Assembly: GCF_000497125.1 (NCBI RefSeq)
Contig: NC_090597.1
Span: 1,127,797 to 1,191,796 of the forward strand
Direction of reading: 5' to 3'
From: Spironucleus salmonicida
Lineage: Eukaryota
DNA: 64,000 nucleotides
The notes beneath the pieces are model-generated. The model was given only the letters and a program-made list of their open reading frames with translations, did no database searches and was not told the DNA's origin. This document shows, piece after piece, positions 38,535-50,524 of this stretch (the first letter of the stretch is position 1; each line of letters starts with the position of its first letter). The translations under genes were made by a program, and so were the position numbers.

Positions 38535-39247
38535 TTGTAGCGGAGCGGCGTGTTTTCCGAGGGCAGTATATCCGGGTATCGCGGCGTAATACGCGACTCT
38601 AGGAATCTGGCGGCAAGCAGACGGCCGCGCAATGCGATATACGACGGATATTGTCGGGTTCCAGAAACGGTTTCTGGCGCGGTTGCGGGTATTGTGCCCC
38701 AATATGCGAGGTGGAGCGGGATGGACCAGAGATAATTCTGCATATCGCGGCGGAATACGCAGGTAGCAGTTCCACCAGTTCCAAAATGCACGGCTCGCGG
38801 GCGGGCGCAGCAGCAGAGAATCCCGCCCCAGTTTCAGTCCAAGTTCTAGTGAGAAATTGACAGTGCTCAGGTTAATATAATGGTAATGATGAGAAATCAA
38901 CCAGAGCCTAAATTAAAGATAAAATTCAAATTCAGAGCAGAGAAACTGATTAACTAAAGATAATTATTAATTTTGCTCCTTCAAATCATATTGTATTGGT
39001 CATTTGTGCAGAGACATTCAATCAGTTAGTTTAGACTGCCACTAAACCTTAGTTTTTGATTCACAATTACAATAAAAATAATTAGCTTACTATATAACAT
39101 ATTAGTCGATTAGCTATTTAATAAACTTAGTTATACTTCTTTATTTTATTTGTGTATAAATTTATATACAACTATCTCGATATTAAACTTATTTTCATTA
39201 AGTTATCATTATTTTATACAATATATACTTATAATATTTAAATCAAA

Positions 39248-41524
39248 ATGACTACTCAATTATAATACTATAAGTAAAGTTAAATAAGTCATCTACAAAC
39301 AACTTTAGATAAGTAAGTTAGTGATATTAATTAAGTAATAGACTTTATAGCAACTCAAAGTTATATTTTTATGAATCTCAAGAATGGTAAACTATTGCTT
39401 TCATAGAACAACACTTAACCATAATTTATAGACTAGTAAATTTTTAATCACAAATTTATAAAAATATTCATTAGTGACACCATAATATGTGTAGGTAGCG
39501 ATATTTTAGACGGCATAGAAGTTTACAGTGTAAAATAATATCAAATTAAGGATATGTTATTGAAAGAGAAAGGTATTGAAAAAGTTCAGATAAAAATTTA
39601 ATCTGTATAAATGACAGAAGATATGTAACATTTAGTTGTATTTGGCGAAATGAAATTTTATATACTGAACTTGAAGTAAACATTCCTTAAAATAAAAAAT
39701 AATAATATTACTATTTAGCTAGAATCATAAATATCTTTATTCTAAGTATTTTACAATAGGTATATCATTATTTAGTCTGAAAATATATAATAGATTCTAA
39801 AAATTTCTTTTTAAAATTAAAGTTTTGAGTTAATTAATCTACCCAAACTACAAATGTACAAATAAATTACTTGTGTAAATAAAGAAATTTTTGGTTTAAC
39901 TGATTAGGGAGTTGTTTAGTTGAATTTTACTTTTTAATAATAGTTTATTAATACGAAATTTACTCCAAAATTAATAATAACGTCATAAAATATAGAATCT
40001 ATTCATTCAATAGATGGTTTTTTAGGAATTACTGACAATGAAAATTTCAAAATATTTGATGATTCTTAGCTTTAAATTTTTTAAACTACTTAACTTTTTA
40101 CCAAACTGACATTCTTTTAAGATACATTTTTATTTTTGTAATTAAATTTTACTATTACACTATTTACAAAGCTATCAACTCATTTAATTGTTCATTAATT
40201 AATAAAAAATAATCTTGTAAATCATGCTCTTAAGTATAATTCGAGCAAAGATCTTGTATATTCTATATTAGCATTTTAATAATTTGATCAAAACAAGCTT
40301 AAAAGTGCATTTGAAAGCATACTTTTATGTTTACAACATGGATTTCCAATCGGCCTTGTCGTAAAGAAAATTTATAATAATATTATTTTTCTTGAATAGG
40401 TATTAGATCATATTTACTACTAAACAAATTAAACCACTATTGTTAATCTATTTCTTTGTGTTTTAATTAAAAATTAAAAATTCAATGAATTCACAAAATT
40501 GGTTCGTGAACTTGAGTAAGGTGATTTTAACCCTAGCCTTAATATTGATAATTTATTAATTTTATGCCAAGAGACCTAGTAGCTAAGCTTTTTAACTAAG
40601 GAGATATAGTTCAGTTTAGGATCATAAATGGAAGCAGTAAAGATTTTGGTACTTTAAAAATAGTATAACATGGTATTAAATTTTTTAGTGTGTTGTGAAG
40701 AATAGTATTTAAGCACATAAATATTATTATAATTTGGTGAAGAATTATTATAAAACTCAGACTGGAAGCTATTTTAAAAGGTAGTGTTAAATTTGCTAAC
40801 AGCTACTCCTCCTTCAAAATTAATCTCATTGGAACAATTTTATTCGAACGAAGATACATTTTGGTGTTAAGTAATATCTTATAGATCATAGAAATTCCCT
40901 TAAATCTATCCAATTGATATCTCGATATTTTTCCCGATTTTCGAAAACCATATTTAGTAGTTAACTGATATATACAAGCAGGTTATAAACCAAGCGATTT
41001 CAGGCATATTAAAGATAACTTTATCGGAAACAAGCATTTTAACATATTTTTAATTGCTAATTTTAACAAAAAGCGATGATGAAATCGTTCAATAATTACA
41101 AGGAATATCGTTATTTTAGGAGTTAAATTATGAATAGTTACTTAATTTATTTATTAATATTCAGTTCGTAAAATGTGTTATTTTCTGTTGCTAAAAACTA
41201 AAATTCGAAGTCTTATTAATTTAATATTATCTATTGTAAGGAGATATAGAATAAGCAATTTAAGTAGGCGAATTTAAACATAAATTAGAGTTATTGAAGG
41301 GTTGCGCTAAACAAGATGACTATCTTTAATAATTGATATAGACAGTTGACTTTAGAGAGTTCAATTAAGATCTATTAATAAATATAATATTAGGTGAGAA
41401 TAAACATATAAATTATATACAGGTATAAGATTTACTTCAAATACATATCAAATCAGATTAAATTAGCAATCAATGGTAATAAGAAGGCTAAGATCCGTTT
41501 GAGGTGCTGAGGAATATGCTGTGA
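39248..41524 (+). CDS. Large hypothetical protein (758 aa), possibly beta-propeller plus alpha-solenoid
   Basis: ATG 39248 in frame with TGA 41522-41524 (...QDPFEVLRNML*); interior partly read; family not established. Confidence 0.6.
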
Positions 41525-41724
41525 ATTTATTAGGATTTTATAATGCTTAAAATATAATACGATAAATTAATATTATTACAAACCAGGTATTTATGTTAAT
41601 TAATATATTAATAAATATATGAAATATAATAATATATGTTATGTAAATAAAAAATTTATTTATTATAATTATTATATATAGAAAATATGTATGCGCATTT
41701 TTCCAAAAAAACTTTCCTCATTAA

Positions 41725-42084
41725 ATGGAAGCACTTTTATCATCCTCAGTTTTGATTACCCAGTAGCCTATCAGAGCATTAATTTATGAAATAGATATGG
41801 AAAATTCACATGCGAATTTTTAAATTCAGTCATCGTTTGCAGAAGTTGAAATCCACAATCGCACACTGGACGAACTGAACAGGGACTAGTATGGAGGAAA
41901 CCAGGACAGAAATATTTCAAACGCTCTCTAAAAGATTAGAGAGGGTTAAACCACATTAAATTATATGCAGTCCACTCACTACAATGTTGAAATTAAGCAT
42001 TTTGAAGATGCCGATGAGGACTAAATTAAGCTTTACATCGAAAAGTAGCGATAAAAGAGCTTAACTATGGGTAAGAACAAGTGA
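41725..42084 (+). CDS. Hypothetical protein (119 aa)
   Basis: MEALLSSSVLITQQPIRALIYEID...MGKNK*, AAG TGA. Confidence 0.65.
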
Positions 42085-42100
42085 CATTTTTTTATATCAT

Positions 42101-42171
42101 GCACCACTAGTATAGCGGTAGTATGGCACCCTTCCAAGGTGTATGTCCGGGTTCGACTCCCGGGTGGCGCA
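42101..42171 (+). tRNA. tRNA-Gly(TCC)
   Basis: GCACCAC TA GTAT-AGCGGTA-GTAT G GCACC-CT TCC AA-GGTGT ATGT CCGGG-TTCGACT-CCCGG GTGGCGC A; one A3:C70 mismatch. Confidence 0.92.
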
Positions 42172-42248
42172 CATTTACCACTACTGTTCTAACTCTAGAA
42201 CATCTAAAATAAAACAGTACACTTATTACATAAAATTACCGCATTTAA

Positions 42249-44756
42249 TCAGAAAAATTCATCATCGTCTTTCTTCTTTTTAGGTACTGCTTCCTCCTTG
42301 ACAGCCGCAACGGCCACCTTCTTGCTACCCTTAGCCACAAACTTGAAACCCGCAACTTTGGGATTGTTGACATCACCACCCTGGCTGGCATCGCAAAACT
42401 GCATTTTGAACGCTTCATATTTTTTCAAATCTGAATCAGAAACACTCTATCTTGATGTCCTAACTGCCTGCTCGAAATTCCTCACAGTGAGTATTCCACT
42501 GCCAAATTGCTCCTCGAATTATCTACTTTTCCTCTCAAATTCTTCGATATCGACCTCTTCATTGGCGTCTTCTTTCTATTTTTTCTGTAAATTCAGCATC
42601 GACATATTAGCATTAAACTGCCCAACTGACTCTCTTATAGCCATTTAAACAGCTTTCTGACAGATTTCGCTCAGGTCAGCGCCAGAATATCCTTCCGTTG
42701 CGTCTGCTATTTGTGCCAAATCAACGTTTTCTTCCATTTTTGACTTCCTCAAAGATGCCTTCAAAATGCCAAAACGGCCATCATAGTCAGGAATGCCGAT
42801 GTAGATGAGCTGGTCGAGTCGCCCGCCGCGAATGAGGGCGGGATCTATCGTGTCAGGTCGGTTGGTGGCCCCGATGACGAATACGGACTTCTTGGCGCCC
42901 ACGCCGTCGATTTCAGTGAGCAGCTGGTTCACCATGCGGTCCGTCACGCCCTCGCCGCCGCCTCCCCCGCCGCGGTGCTTCGCGATCGAATCGAGCTCGT
43001 CGAGGAAGAGCACGCAGGGTTGCGCCTGCCTGGCCTTGTCGAAGATCTGGCGCACGCCGCGCTCGGACTCGCCGACCCACTTGGACATGAGCTCGGGGCC
43101 CTTGACGGAGATGAAGTTGGACTGGCACTCGTTCGCGATGGCCTTCGCGAGGAGCGTCTTGCCGTTCCCGGGTGGACCGAAGAAGAGGCAGCCGCGGGAG
43201 GGGTCGATGCCGAGGCGCTCGTACTGGTCGGCGTACTGGATCGGGTACTGGATGAGCTCCTTGAGGTTCTTCTTGACCTCGTGGAGGCCGCCGATGTCGT
43301 CCCAGGTGGTCTTGGGCATCTCCACGACCGTGTCGCGCAGCGTGGAGGGGTTGATTGAGTTCAGCGCGGTCTTGAAGTGCGCCATCTCGATGAACATGGA
43401 GTCGATCATGCCAGCGGGGAGGTTCGCCTCCTCGAAGTCGATCATCTCGGACTTCTCGCGGATGCAGAGCATGGCGGCCTCGGTGCAGAGCTGCGCGATG
43501 TCGGCGCCCACGAAGCCGTTGGTGTTGTCCGCCAGGTACTCGAAGTCGATGTCCTCGGCGAGGCGCATCTTCTTGGTCTTGATCTTCAGGATGCTGAGAC
43601 GGCCGTCGATGTCAGGCACGGACAGGCAGATCTCGCGGTCGAAGCGGCCAAAGCGGCGCAGGGACGCGTCCAGGGCGTTGGGCCGGTTGGTGGCGGCGAG
43701 GACCAGCACGTTGGAGCGGGGCTTGATGCCGTCCATGAGCGTGAGCAGCTGGGACACGATTCGCTTCTCGACCTCGCCCTTGGACTCCTCGCGGGAGCCG
43801 CCGATGACGTCGATCTCGTCGATGAAGATGATGGCGCAGCCGCGGGCGAGCGCCTCCTCGTCGGCCTTCTCGAAGGCGGAGCGGAGGTTCTTCTCGGACT
43901 CGCCGGCCATGGAGGACATGATCTCGGGGCCGTTGATGAGCAGGAAGAAGGCGCCGGTCTCGTTGGCGATGGCGCGCCCGATGGAGGACTTGCCGCAGCC
44001 CGGTGGTCCGTGCATGAGGATGCCGCGGGGCGGCTTGATGCCGAGGTTCTCGAAGAGCTGGGGGTGCTTGAGGGGCAGCTCGATCATCTCGCGGATCTGC
44101 TGCAGCTCCTTCTTGATGCCCCCGAGGTCCGAGTAGCCGATCATCTCCTTGCGGGTCTTCTCGTCCTCCTCGCGGGAGACCGGGTCGCCCTCGGTGAAGA
44201 TCTCCACGCCCTCTGCGACGATGCACACCGGGGAGGGGTCGACGAGGACCACCTTGAACTCGATCGGCTTGGGGCCCTCGTTGATGATGAAGGTGTCGTT
44301 CTCGGTGATGGGGCGGAACTTGTCCTTGAAGAACGGGCGGATGTGCGTGTCGAAGAAGTCCTCCGTGTAGCCGGCCACATCGTCGTTGAAGGGCAGGATC
44401 TTGATCCGGGCGCCCTGCTGCACCTCCGGGGCGGCGTGGATGGAGACGATGTCGCCGAGGTTGACGTTGGCGTTCTTGCGCACTGACTTATTCATCAGAA
44501 TCTTCGTCGGGTCCAGGCTGGGGTTGGGCGTCACCATGGCGTGGGTGAACTTCTTGAACCTGCCGCGAATCTCTACGATGTCGTCCTGGAACAACTCCAG
44601 CTGGTCGAACTTCGTGGGGTTGATCTGGACGACCGAGTTGTCGCCGTCGGCGTAGTCCTCCACTATGAATCGGTTGGGAAACCTCATCTCGCTCAACTCG
44701 GTCTTCGTTTTCTTAATGACGTAGTCACCGGTGTGACCTTTTTTGATCTCAGTCAT
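42249..44756 (-). CDS. CDC48: CDC48/p97/VCP AAA+ ATPase, paralog B (835 aa)
   Basis: MTEIKKG...; same D1/D2 motifs; reads through TAA 42645 to ...PKKKKDDDEFF*. Confidence 0.95.
42769..44753 (-). repeat. Right arm of 1985-bp inverted repeat (shared CDC48 core)
   Basis: Reverse complement of 30852-32836. Confidence 0.95.
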
Positions 44757-44844
44757 TTTAGAGGTTCTGTATAATCTTGAATTATATCATAACTATATAT
44801 AAGGTAGGATTTATTTGGAGTTCTTAAATGAAATGATATAAAGT

Positions 44845-45588
44845 TCATATTTTCACAATATCACAGCTACGTATAGTATCCTTTATGTTCAATATCATGT
44901 AGCTGCCTTATCCTATCCAAGAGCTTTTAAAAATAGTAGATTTTTCATCATTTATTATAGTATCTTTTTCAGTAGGACTTAAAAGATATGATGCTCCTAT
45001 CTATTCTTAGATTTAAAATGAATTTTCTTAAACAAGTAGCATATATGGCTTGTTATTATTCTTTAGTTACTATTTCAATCGTCTTCTACCAAGAATACTA
45101 TTTTTCCCCTATTTTATCAGTTTTAATGGTCCCATATTCATTTTTACCTCCTCACTACTATTAAGATTTACACGTATTATATTTTAACATATTTTCTTTT
45201 AAACTATTTCTTTAAAATCACTATCAGATAAAAATGGATTTTTCTCTTAAAATTTATCAATAGTTAAAATGCAACTAGGATAAATTTTATTTCGTTTTAA
45301 TGATGATATTATTAATGGTAATTGCTGCTTTTGCTAGAACAACCCATTAGCAACTAAGACTTTCATTATTAAAAAGTAAACCTTTTATAATTATTGTTAG
45401 TTTGCTAGTTGTAGAGTAAGTGATTAATAAAGCATAATATCTAAGTAAATTATAAATGACTATTTATAGCCAAGTAAATTTTTTACTTAAGCTTATACAT
45501 TAGTTAATTATCTAATTTATTATTAACATAATATTTAAAGCTTCAAAACGTTTATACTTATAAAGGAATATTAAATAGCAAAGAACAT
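44845..45588 (-). CDS. Possible hypothetical protein (247 aa)
   Basis: Frame open with TAR=Gln, but two + frames are also open here, so strand and start are uncertain. Confidence 0.3.
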
Positions 45589-45614
45589 ATAAAAAGTAAT
45601 CTTTATTACTTCCT

Positions 45615-45974
45615 CTTAAGTTCAACGCGGAGCTGGACTTCGTGAACCAGCTGGCCTACGACGAGTACGTGGTGTACCTGCTGGAGCACGGCTTCTTCGA
45701 GCAGGAGGCGTTCATCCGCTACGTGCGCTACCTGAACTACTTCGCCCGGCCCGAGTACGCACGCTTCCTCCGCAATGCCCGCTCGGTGTTCTACCTGGAG
45801 CGCCTAACGGATGAGACCTTCCGGCGCAACCTGGCTGTGCAGATCACCATCGGCGAGGGCAGCGTGGCGGAGGAGCACACCTACTGCAACTTTCTGGACT
45901 ACTGCCAGCAACAGAGCCAGGTGAGCCAGAACTACTTCGAGGCCAAGGAGCGTGCCGTCGAGCAGGGCGAGTGA
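45615..45974 (+). pseudogene. MED31: MED31 copy lacking the native first 17 codons
   Basis: Repeat begins at the LKFNAEL codons; nearest in-frame ATG is 45456 in unrelated AT-rich sequence. Confidence 0.65.
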
Positions 45975-46036
45975 GTGCGTGCCAGTGTGGAGCGGACGTT
46001 CCGGGCCTTATATATCTGCATCCGCGTCCCCCCAGA

Positions 46037-46249
46037 ATGTTCCGCCAAGAGGACGTGCAGGTCTTCCTCCGCCGCAACTTCCCCGGACTCAAGCTGGCGC
46101 ACACGACGAAGTCCCTGCTCGCGGACCTCGCGAACCTGGTCGCCGCCGCCGTGCTGCTGCGGACCGTGCCGTCCGTGCGCAAGCGCCAGCGCGTGGAGGC
46201 GGGCCCGGCGGACGTGCAGCGGGCCATCGACCTGGTGCTTCCCGAGTGA
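46037..46249 (+). CDS. Minimal histone-fold protein, copy 2 (Pro>Ser variant)
   Basis: Identical to 37963-38175 except TTKP>TTKS. Confidence 0.6.
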   Translation: MFRQEDVQVFLRRNFPGLKLAHTTKSLLADLANLVAAAVLLRTVPSVRKRQRVEAGPADVQRAIDLVLPE

Positions 46250-46329
46250 TCGTAAGGCCTCACTGCCCGGGCCGTACGGCGCCCGTCGCTCTGTAGCCGC
46301 CAGGACTCAGCGCAGAACCGCAAACACAC

Positions 46330-46608
46330 TCACTCCATGGCCTGCAGCACCGCGAGCAGCACGTCCAGCTGGATCGGCGCGTCGGCCTCGCGCGGGAACT
46401 TCCTACCGAGCCGCCTGAACTTGAAGCGGTCGGTGTCCTGCCGCATGCGGTGCAGCTTGGACGTGCACTGGGACAGCGTGCGGTGGGGCAGGCAGTTGCC
46501 GATATCCGTCCAGTCGATATGGCCCGTGGGGAACACATGCGTCTCCACGTAGCGGAACAGGGTCTGCTCGTCCTCGAGGGGCCAGCAGGGCGCGCGTGTG
46601 AAGGCCAT
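46330..46608 (-). CDS. Single-repeat Myb/SANT protein, GC-rich copy 2
   Basis: Same protein as 38256-38534. Confidence 0.9.
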   Translation of the reverse strand: MAFTRAPCWPLEDEQTLFRYVETHVFPTGHIDWTDIGNCLPHRTLSQCTSKLHRMRQDTDRFKFRRLGRKFPREADAPIQLDVLLAVLQAME

Positions 46609-47740
46609 TTGTAGCGGAGCGGCGTGTTTTCCTAGGGCAGTATATCCGGGTATCGCGGCGTAATACGCGACTCTAGGAATCTGGCGGCAAGCAGACGGCT
46701 GCGCAATGCGATATACCACGGATATTGTCGGGTTCCAGAAACGGTTTCTGGCGCGGTTGCGGGTATTGTGCCCCAATATGCGAGGTGGAGCGGGATGGAC
46801 CAGAGATAATTCTGCATATCGCGGCGGAATACGCAGGTAGCAGTTCCACCAGTTCCAAAATGCACGGCTCGCGGGCGGGCGCAGCAGCAGAGAATCCCGC
46901 CCCAGTTTCGCTACAGCTTTCGTGGTAGATCGAACGCTTGGTTATAATACCATAATATAATCTCATGTGGATTATATCTAAAGGAAACTAACAATAATAA
47001 TTATTAATACTATTTATTATAGACTGCTGATGCGATATTAATGAATAAAATAGACTAATATAATTTACCAAGAATTGTTTATTATGCATTAAAGCAGCTA
47101 ATTTTCTGATACACAAAATAAAAACTATTATTTAGAGTGCTCATTTCCATTACCCATATTAAGAAAATAAACTAAAGCAGAGGTGAAATGTAATTGTTAT
47201 CGATTTTATGCAATTCTTATATTTGAATATGAAGTTTATACTACAATTTAATGATAATAAACCAGAAAACTCATCAAATCTCGCTATATTTTCTATCTAT
47301 TGTCATAATAGCCTATTTAATCAATTAAAATACCTTTTTTTGTAATCTATTCAACATGTTACTTTTAATAATTATATTATAATTACGGATTTAAATGCAC
47401 TATTTACTAATTATTATATATTAAATATATAATATTACCTCATTGAATATAAAGTTTTCAAAAGTTTAAAATAATAATTTATAATAAAAATCTAAATCAT
47501 AAAAGAGAGCAATAATATTTTCTCTTTTTACAAAAACAACTAAACTACATAAGGATCTATCTAAGTATTGGTTTTAGAACAATTTATTTTTATTTTGTTA
47601 ATAATATAAATTTAAGTTTTAATATTGTAGAATAGTTTTACTAACACCATTTATAAATATAATATATAACATCAATAAAACGTGTTCAAATTATGTATAA
47701 TATAATTTTTCAATATATACTAATACTTTTTATTTTACAA

Positions 47741-48259
47741 ATGAAATAGTTCTAAGACCTAGATAATATTAGGTAAAGAGAGAGAAATTATTGTCCGAAA
47801 CGTGCATACCTTAGAACTAAAGTTCATTTTGATGAATTTAACACTATAGAGTCTACAAACCTAACGAACATCAACGAAATGGTTTTATCAAAAAATTAAG
47901 CTGCCGCAGTTAACCTTACCGGATCTTTAGCGATGTACAATCCACATTGTAAAATTAGTTAGGCCCATTATCTTAAGGAAAGTACAACGCTAAAACCGGA
48001 ACCGTACTAAATTTTAGAACTTATGCAAAGTCAACAGTTAACATAGTTTAAATTACCAGATATTAAACAAGTGTAATAACTTAGCAATACAATTTAGAAT
48101 AGAATTCATGTTAAGCACTATAAATCGATTAAAAATTGTAATCATACTGATTATAGAACTTTGACAAGGTTGCTGAGCCCATAATAACAAAGTGCTAATA
48201 AAATTAATGTTCAGTTACCAAAAATTTAATAGAGTGCAATGATGCTTACAAGATGGTGA
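47741..48259 (+). CDS. Hypothetical protein (172 aa)
   Basis: MKQFQDLDNIRQRERNYCPKR...MMLTRW*. Confidence 0.6.
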
Positions 48260-48492
48260 CTTTTTATGTTCAAAATATATTATGCAATAAATTGAATTTA
48301 AAATATAAATAATTTCATTCAAATATCTTTATATATGTTAGTTAACAACAAATATAATTTCTTTCATAAACAACTTTCAGTCTTATTTTCCCGGCACAAT
48401 TTAAAAAATATAATAATGCAAAAACATAAAAATGAATATTATGATCAACAGTAAAAATCTTAAACAATTTGGAATTAAATGTAAAATAAATC

Positions 48493-49560
48493 TCACTCAT
48501 ACTCATCTAACTCATCTAACCCATGATTGTTTTAAAATTCATTCTAATCTATTAAATCAGCGGTCCGGACTACACGACTTTGATAACTTTCGCCAATACC
48601 TTAAATTTTGCTATTCAATACTATTTTTGCTTTTTTAATAATTTCACTTTCATTTTGATATTCTACTTTATTTTCTAAATTCACAAACTCCAGATGAAGT
48701 AATTATTAAGTAGAAAGTCGATGTTCAGGGCAAATTTGCAGGCAGCTTGCAATGAACGAAATAGCTGGACCGCTAGCATTCCGCAGTAAAGTTTTTAGCT
48801 TTCCCTCAACCCTTGAAATCGAATTCGAACCTTCACTTTAAACTGGAGTGGAGGGAACGAAACCGATTCGTTAGCTTAGGGATGCAAATTTTGGATATTC
48901 TTAAGTACTTATTGGCCCCAAAACTTGCAATATTATATTCAACTGATCTAGTTCAGAATTTCCAGGGAGGAGTGGTTTTCCTAAATACATTTCGCATAAA
49001 ATTAACCCGAACGCCCAAATATCGCTTTAAAACGAATAATTTTAGTCTTACAGAAGAACTTCTGGTGCTCTATACCATCTTGTCCCGACATAGACAGAAT
49101 GTGGTTGTTTTCTGAGCTCTTTAGCACAGCCCAAATCTGCGATTTTAAAGATATTTTGGTCACTTATTAGGATGTTTTCGGGCTTCAAATCACGATGCAT
49201 GTATCCCTATGAATGTACAAAATTGAGACCTTATAATATCTAAAATGCAGCAGTACGGATCTAGATTTCCTGCCAGCTCTGTGTATTTTTCTAGCAAAGT
49301 GAACCGCCTGAAACTAGTTCGAACACAAAATTCAGAGTTCCATCCTGCTCACGAAATAATTCGTAAAGCTGCACGATATATGGGCAGTTTTTGAAGCGTT
49401 TTAACGAGCGTAGTTCTTGAAGATTTTTAGCTTCTGACCAAGTGGTTTTCTTATGTATCTGCTTAAGTGCAATATCACGATTATTTACTATATCATGTGC
49501 AAGGAAAACGGTACCATATGCACCAGAACCTAGAGTTTTGATTATTGTATAGTTTTGCAT
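48493..49560 (-). CDS. CMGC Ser/Thr kinase, RCK (MAK/ICK)-like
   Basis: [53 protein letters not shown] is RCK-like; 355 aa. Confidence 0.9.
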
Positions 49561-50524
49561 TTTTGAATATTGGAGTGGATCAGATAATAATTATTATATT
49601 ATAAAATAAAGATCTGCTGTAATTTTGCTTATGAGATATATATTAATAGTTTTTAGAGTAAGGGATTATGTTTAACGTATTTATTAGATAATTTCTTTAA
49701 ACTTTATTATAATATGCACATTATATTACAAAATTAAACAAGGGATACAATTACAAAGTGTTAAATGTACAAAATAATTTATAAAATATTTAGTTAAGGT
49801 CTATTCACTTAACGGCTACTTGTTTTATAAATGCATCATAATAATAATCCTCTACTTGATTTGCTTACATAGCTATATATACTAAGAGCTGAGTGAGATT
49901 GTGCCACGGATTTATTCATATTTTATGAAATAATTACACGCTCTGGTAAAGGTATTTTGTTATAAATTAGAGAATATTAGCTATATTTTTTATGAACCAC
50001 CATTTTTTAAACATTTTCTATTTATTACTAAAACTACTCTTTTTACTACCAAACTTAACCATGTTAATAATACTATATCATTGTCACCATTGCTAATATC
50101 ATTGAAATTTGTACTAACGTTATTTGCATTTTACAAAAATCTACTTACTAATAATATACAGTATATTCTATAATTTATTTGTCTACTTTCACAACTATGT
50201 TAATTAGAATATGATTACTGTATAATAATACATATTTTCTAATATTTCGCGTTTTAGCGAGTAGTGAATTATAATTTTAAGATGATCTATTATAGTATTA
50301 TCTTGTATTTTGTTATAAAATAAACTAACAAACTCTACAACATAAGATCTGGTAAGTCCATTTTCTAGATAGAATATATTTGTAGAGTAAAAATTAGAAT
50401 AAAGATATAAATGAGTGAAATAATGGAATCTAATTTAAATATATAGAAATTATAACTTATGGATAGTATTATATTATTATAACATTAAAAAACTAATATT
50501 TATTCTTAATAAATAACTAATAAA

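Larger units (their letters stand above)
37540..38835 (+). repeat. Copy 1 of 1296-bp GC-rich direct repeat
   Basis: Matches 45614-46909 at offset 8074 with about four substitutions noticed. Confidence 0.95.
45614..46909 (+). repeat. Copy 2 of 1296-bp GC-rich direct repeat
   Basis: Matches 37540-38835. Confidence 0.95.

Noticed and set aside
38535-38900. N-terminal extension of the Myb ORF (214-aa call; 148-aa call in copy 2)
   Set aside because: Alignment with the 25233 paralog places the start at 38534; the extension differs between copies and looks like GC-enriched intergenic DNA
30852-46909. GC-rich blocks as bacterial contamination or horizontal transfer
   Set aside because: They encode eukaryotic proteins (CDC48, Med31, Myb) in frame with AT-rich, TAR-using ends and have AT-rich local paralogs
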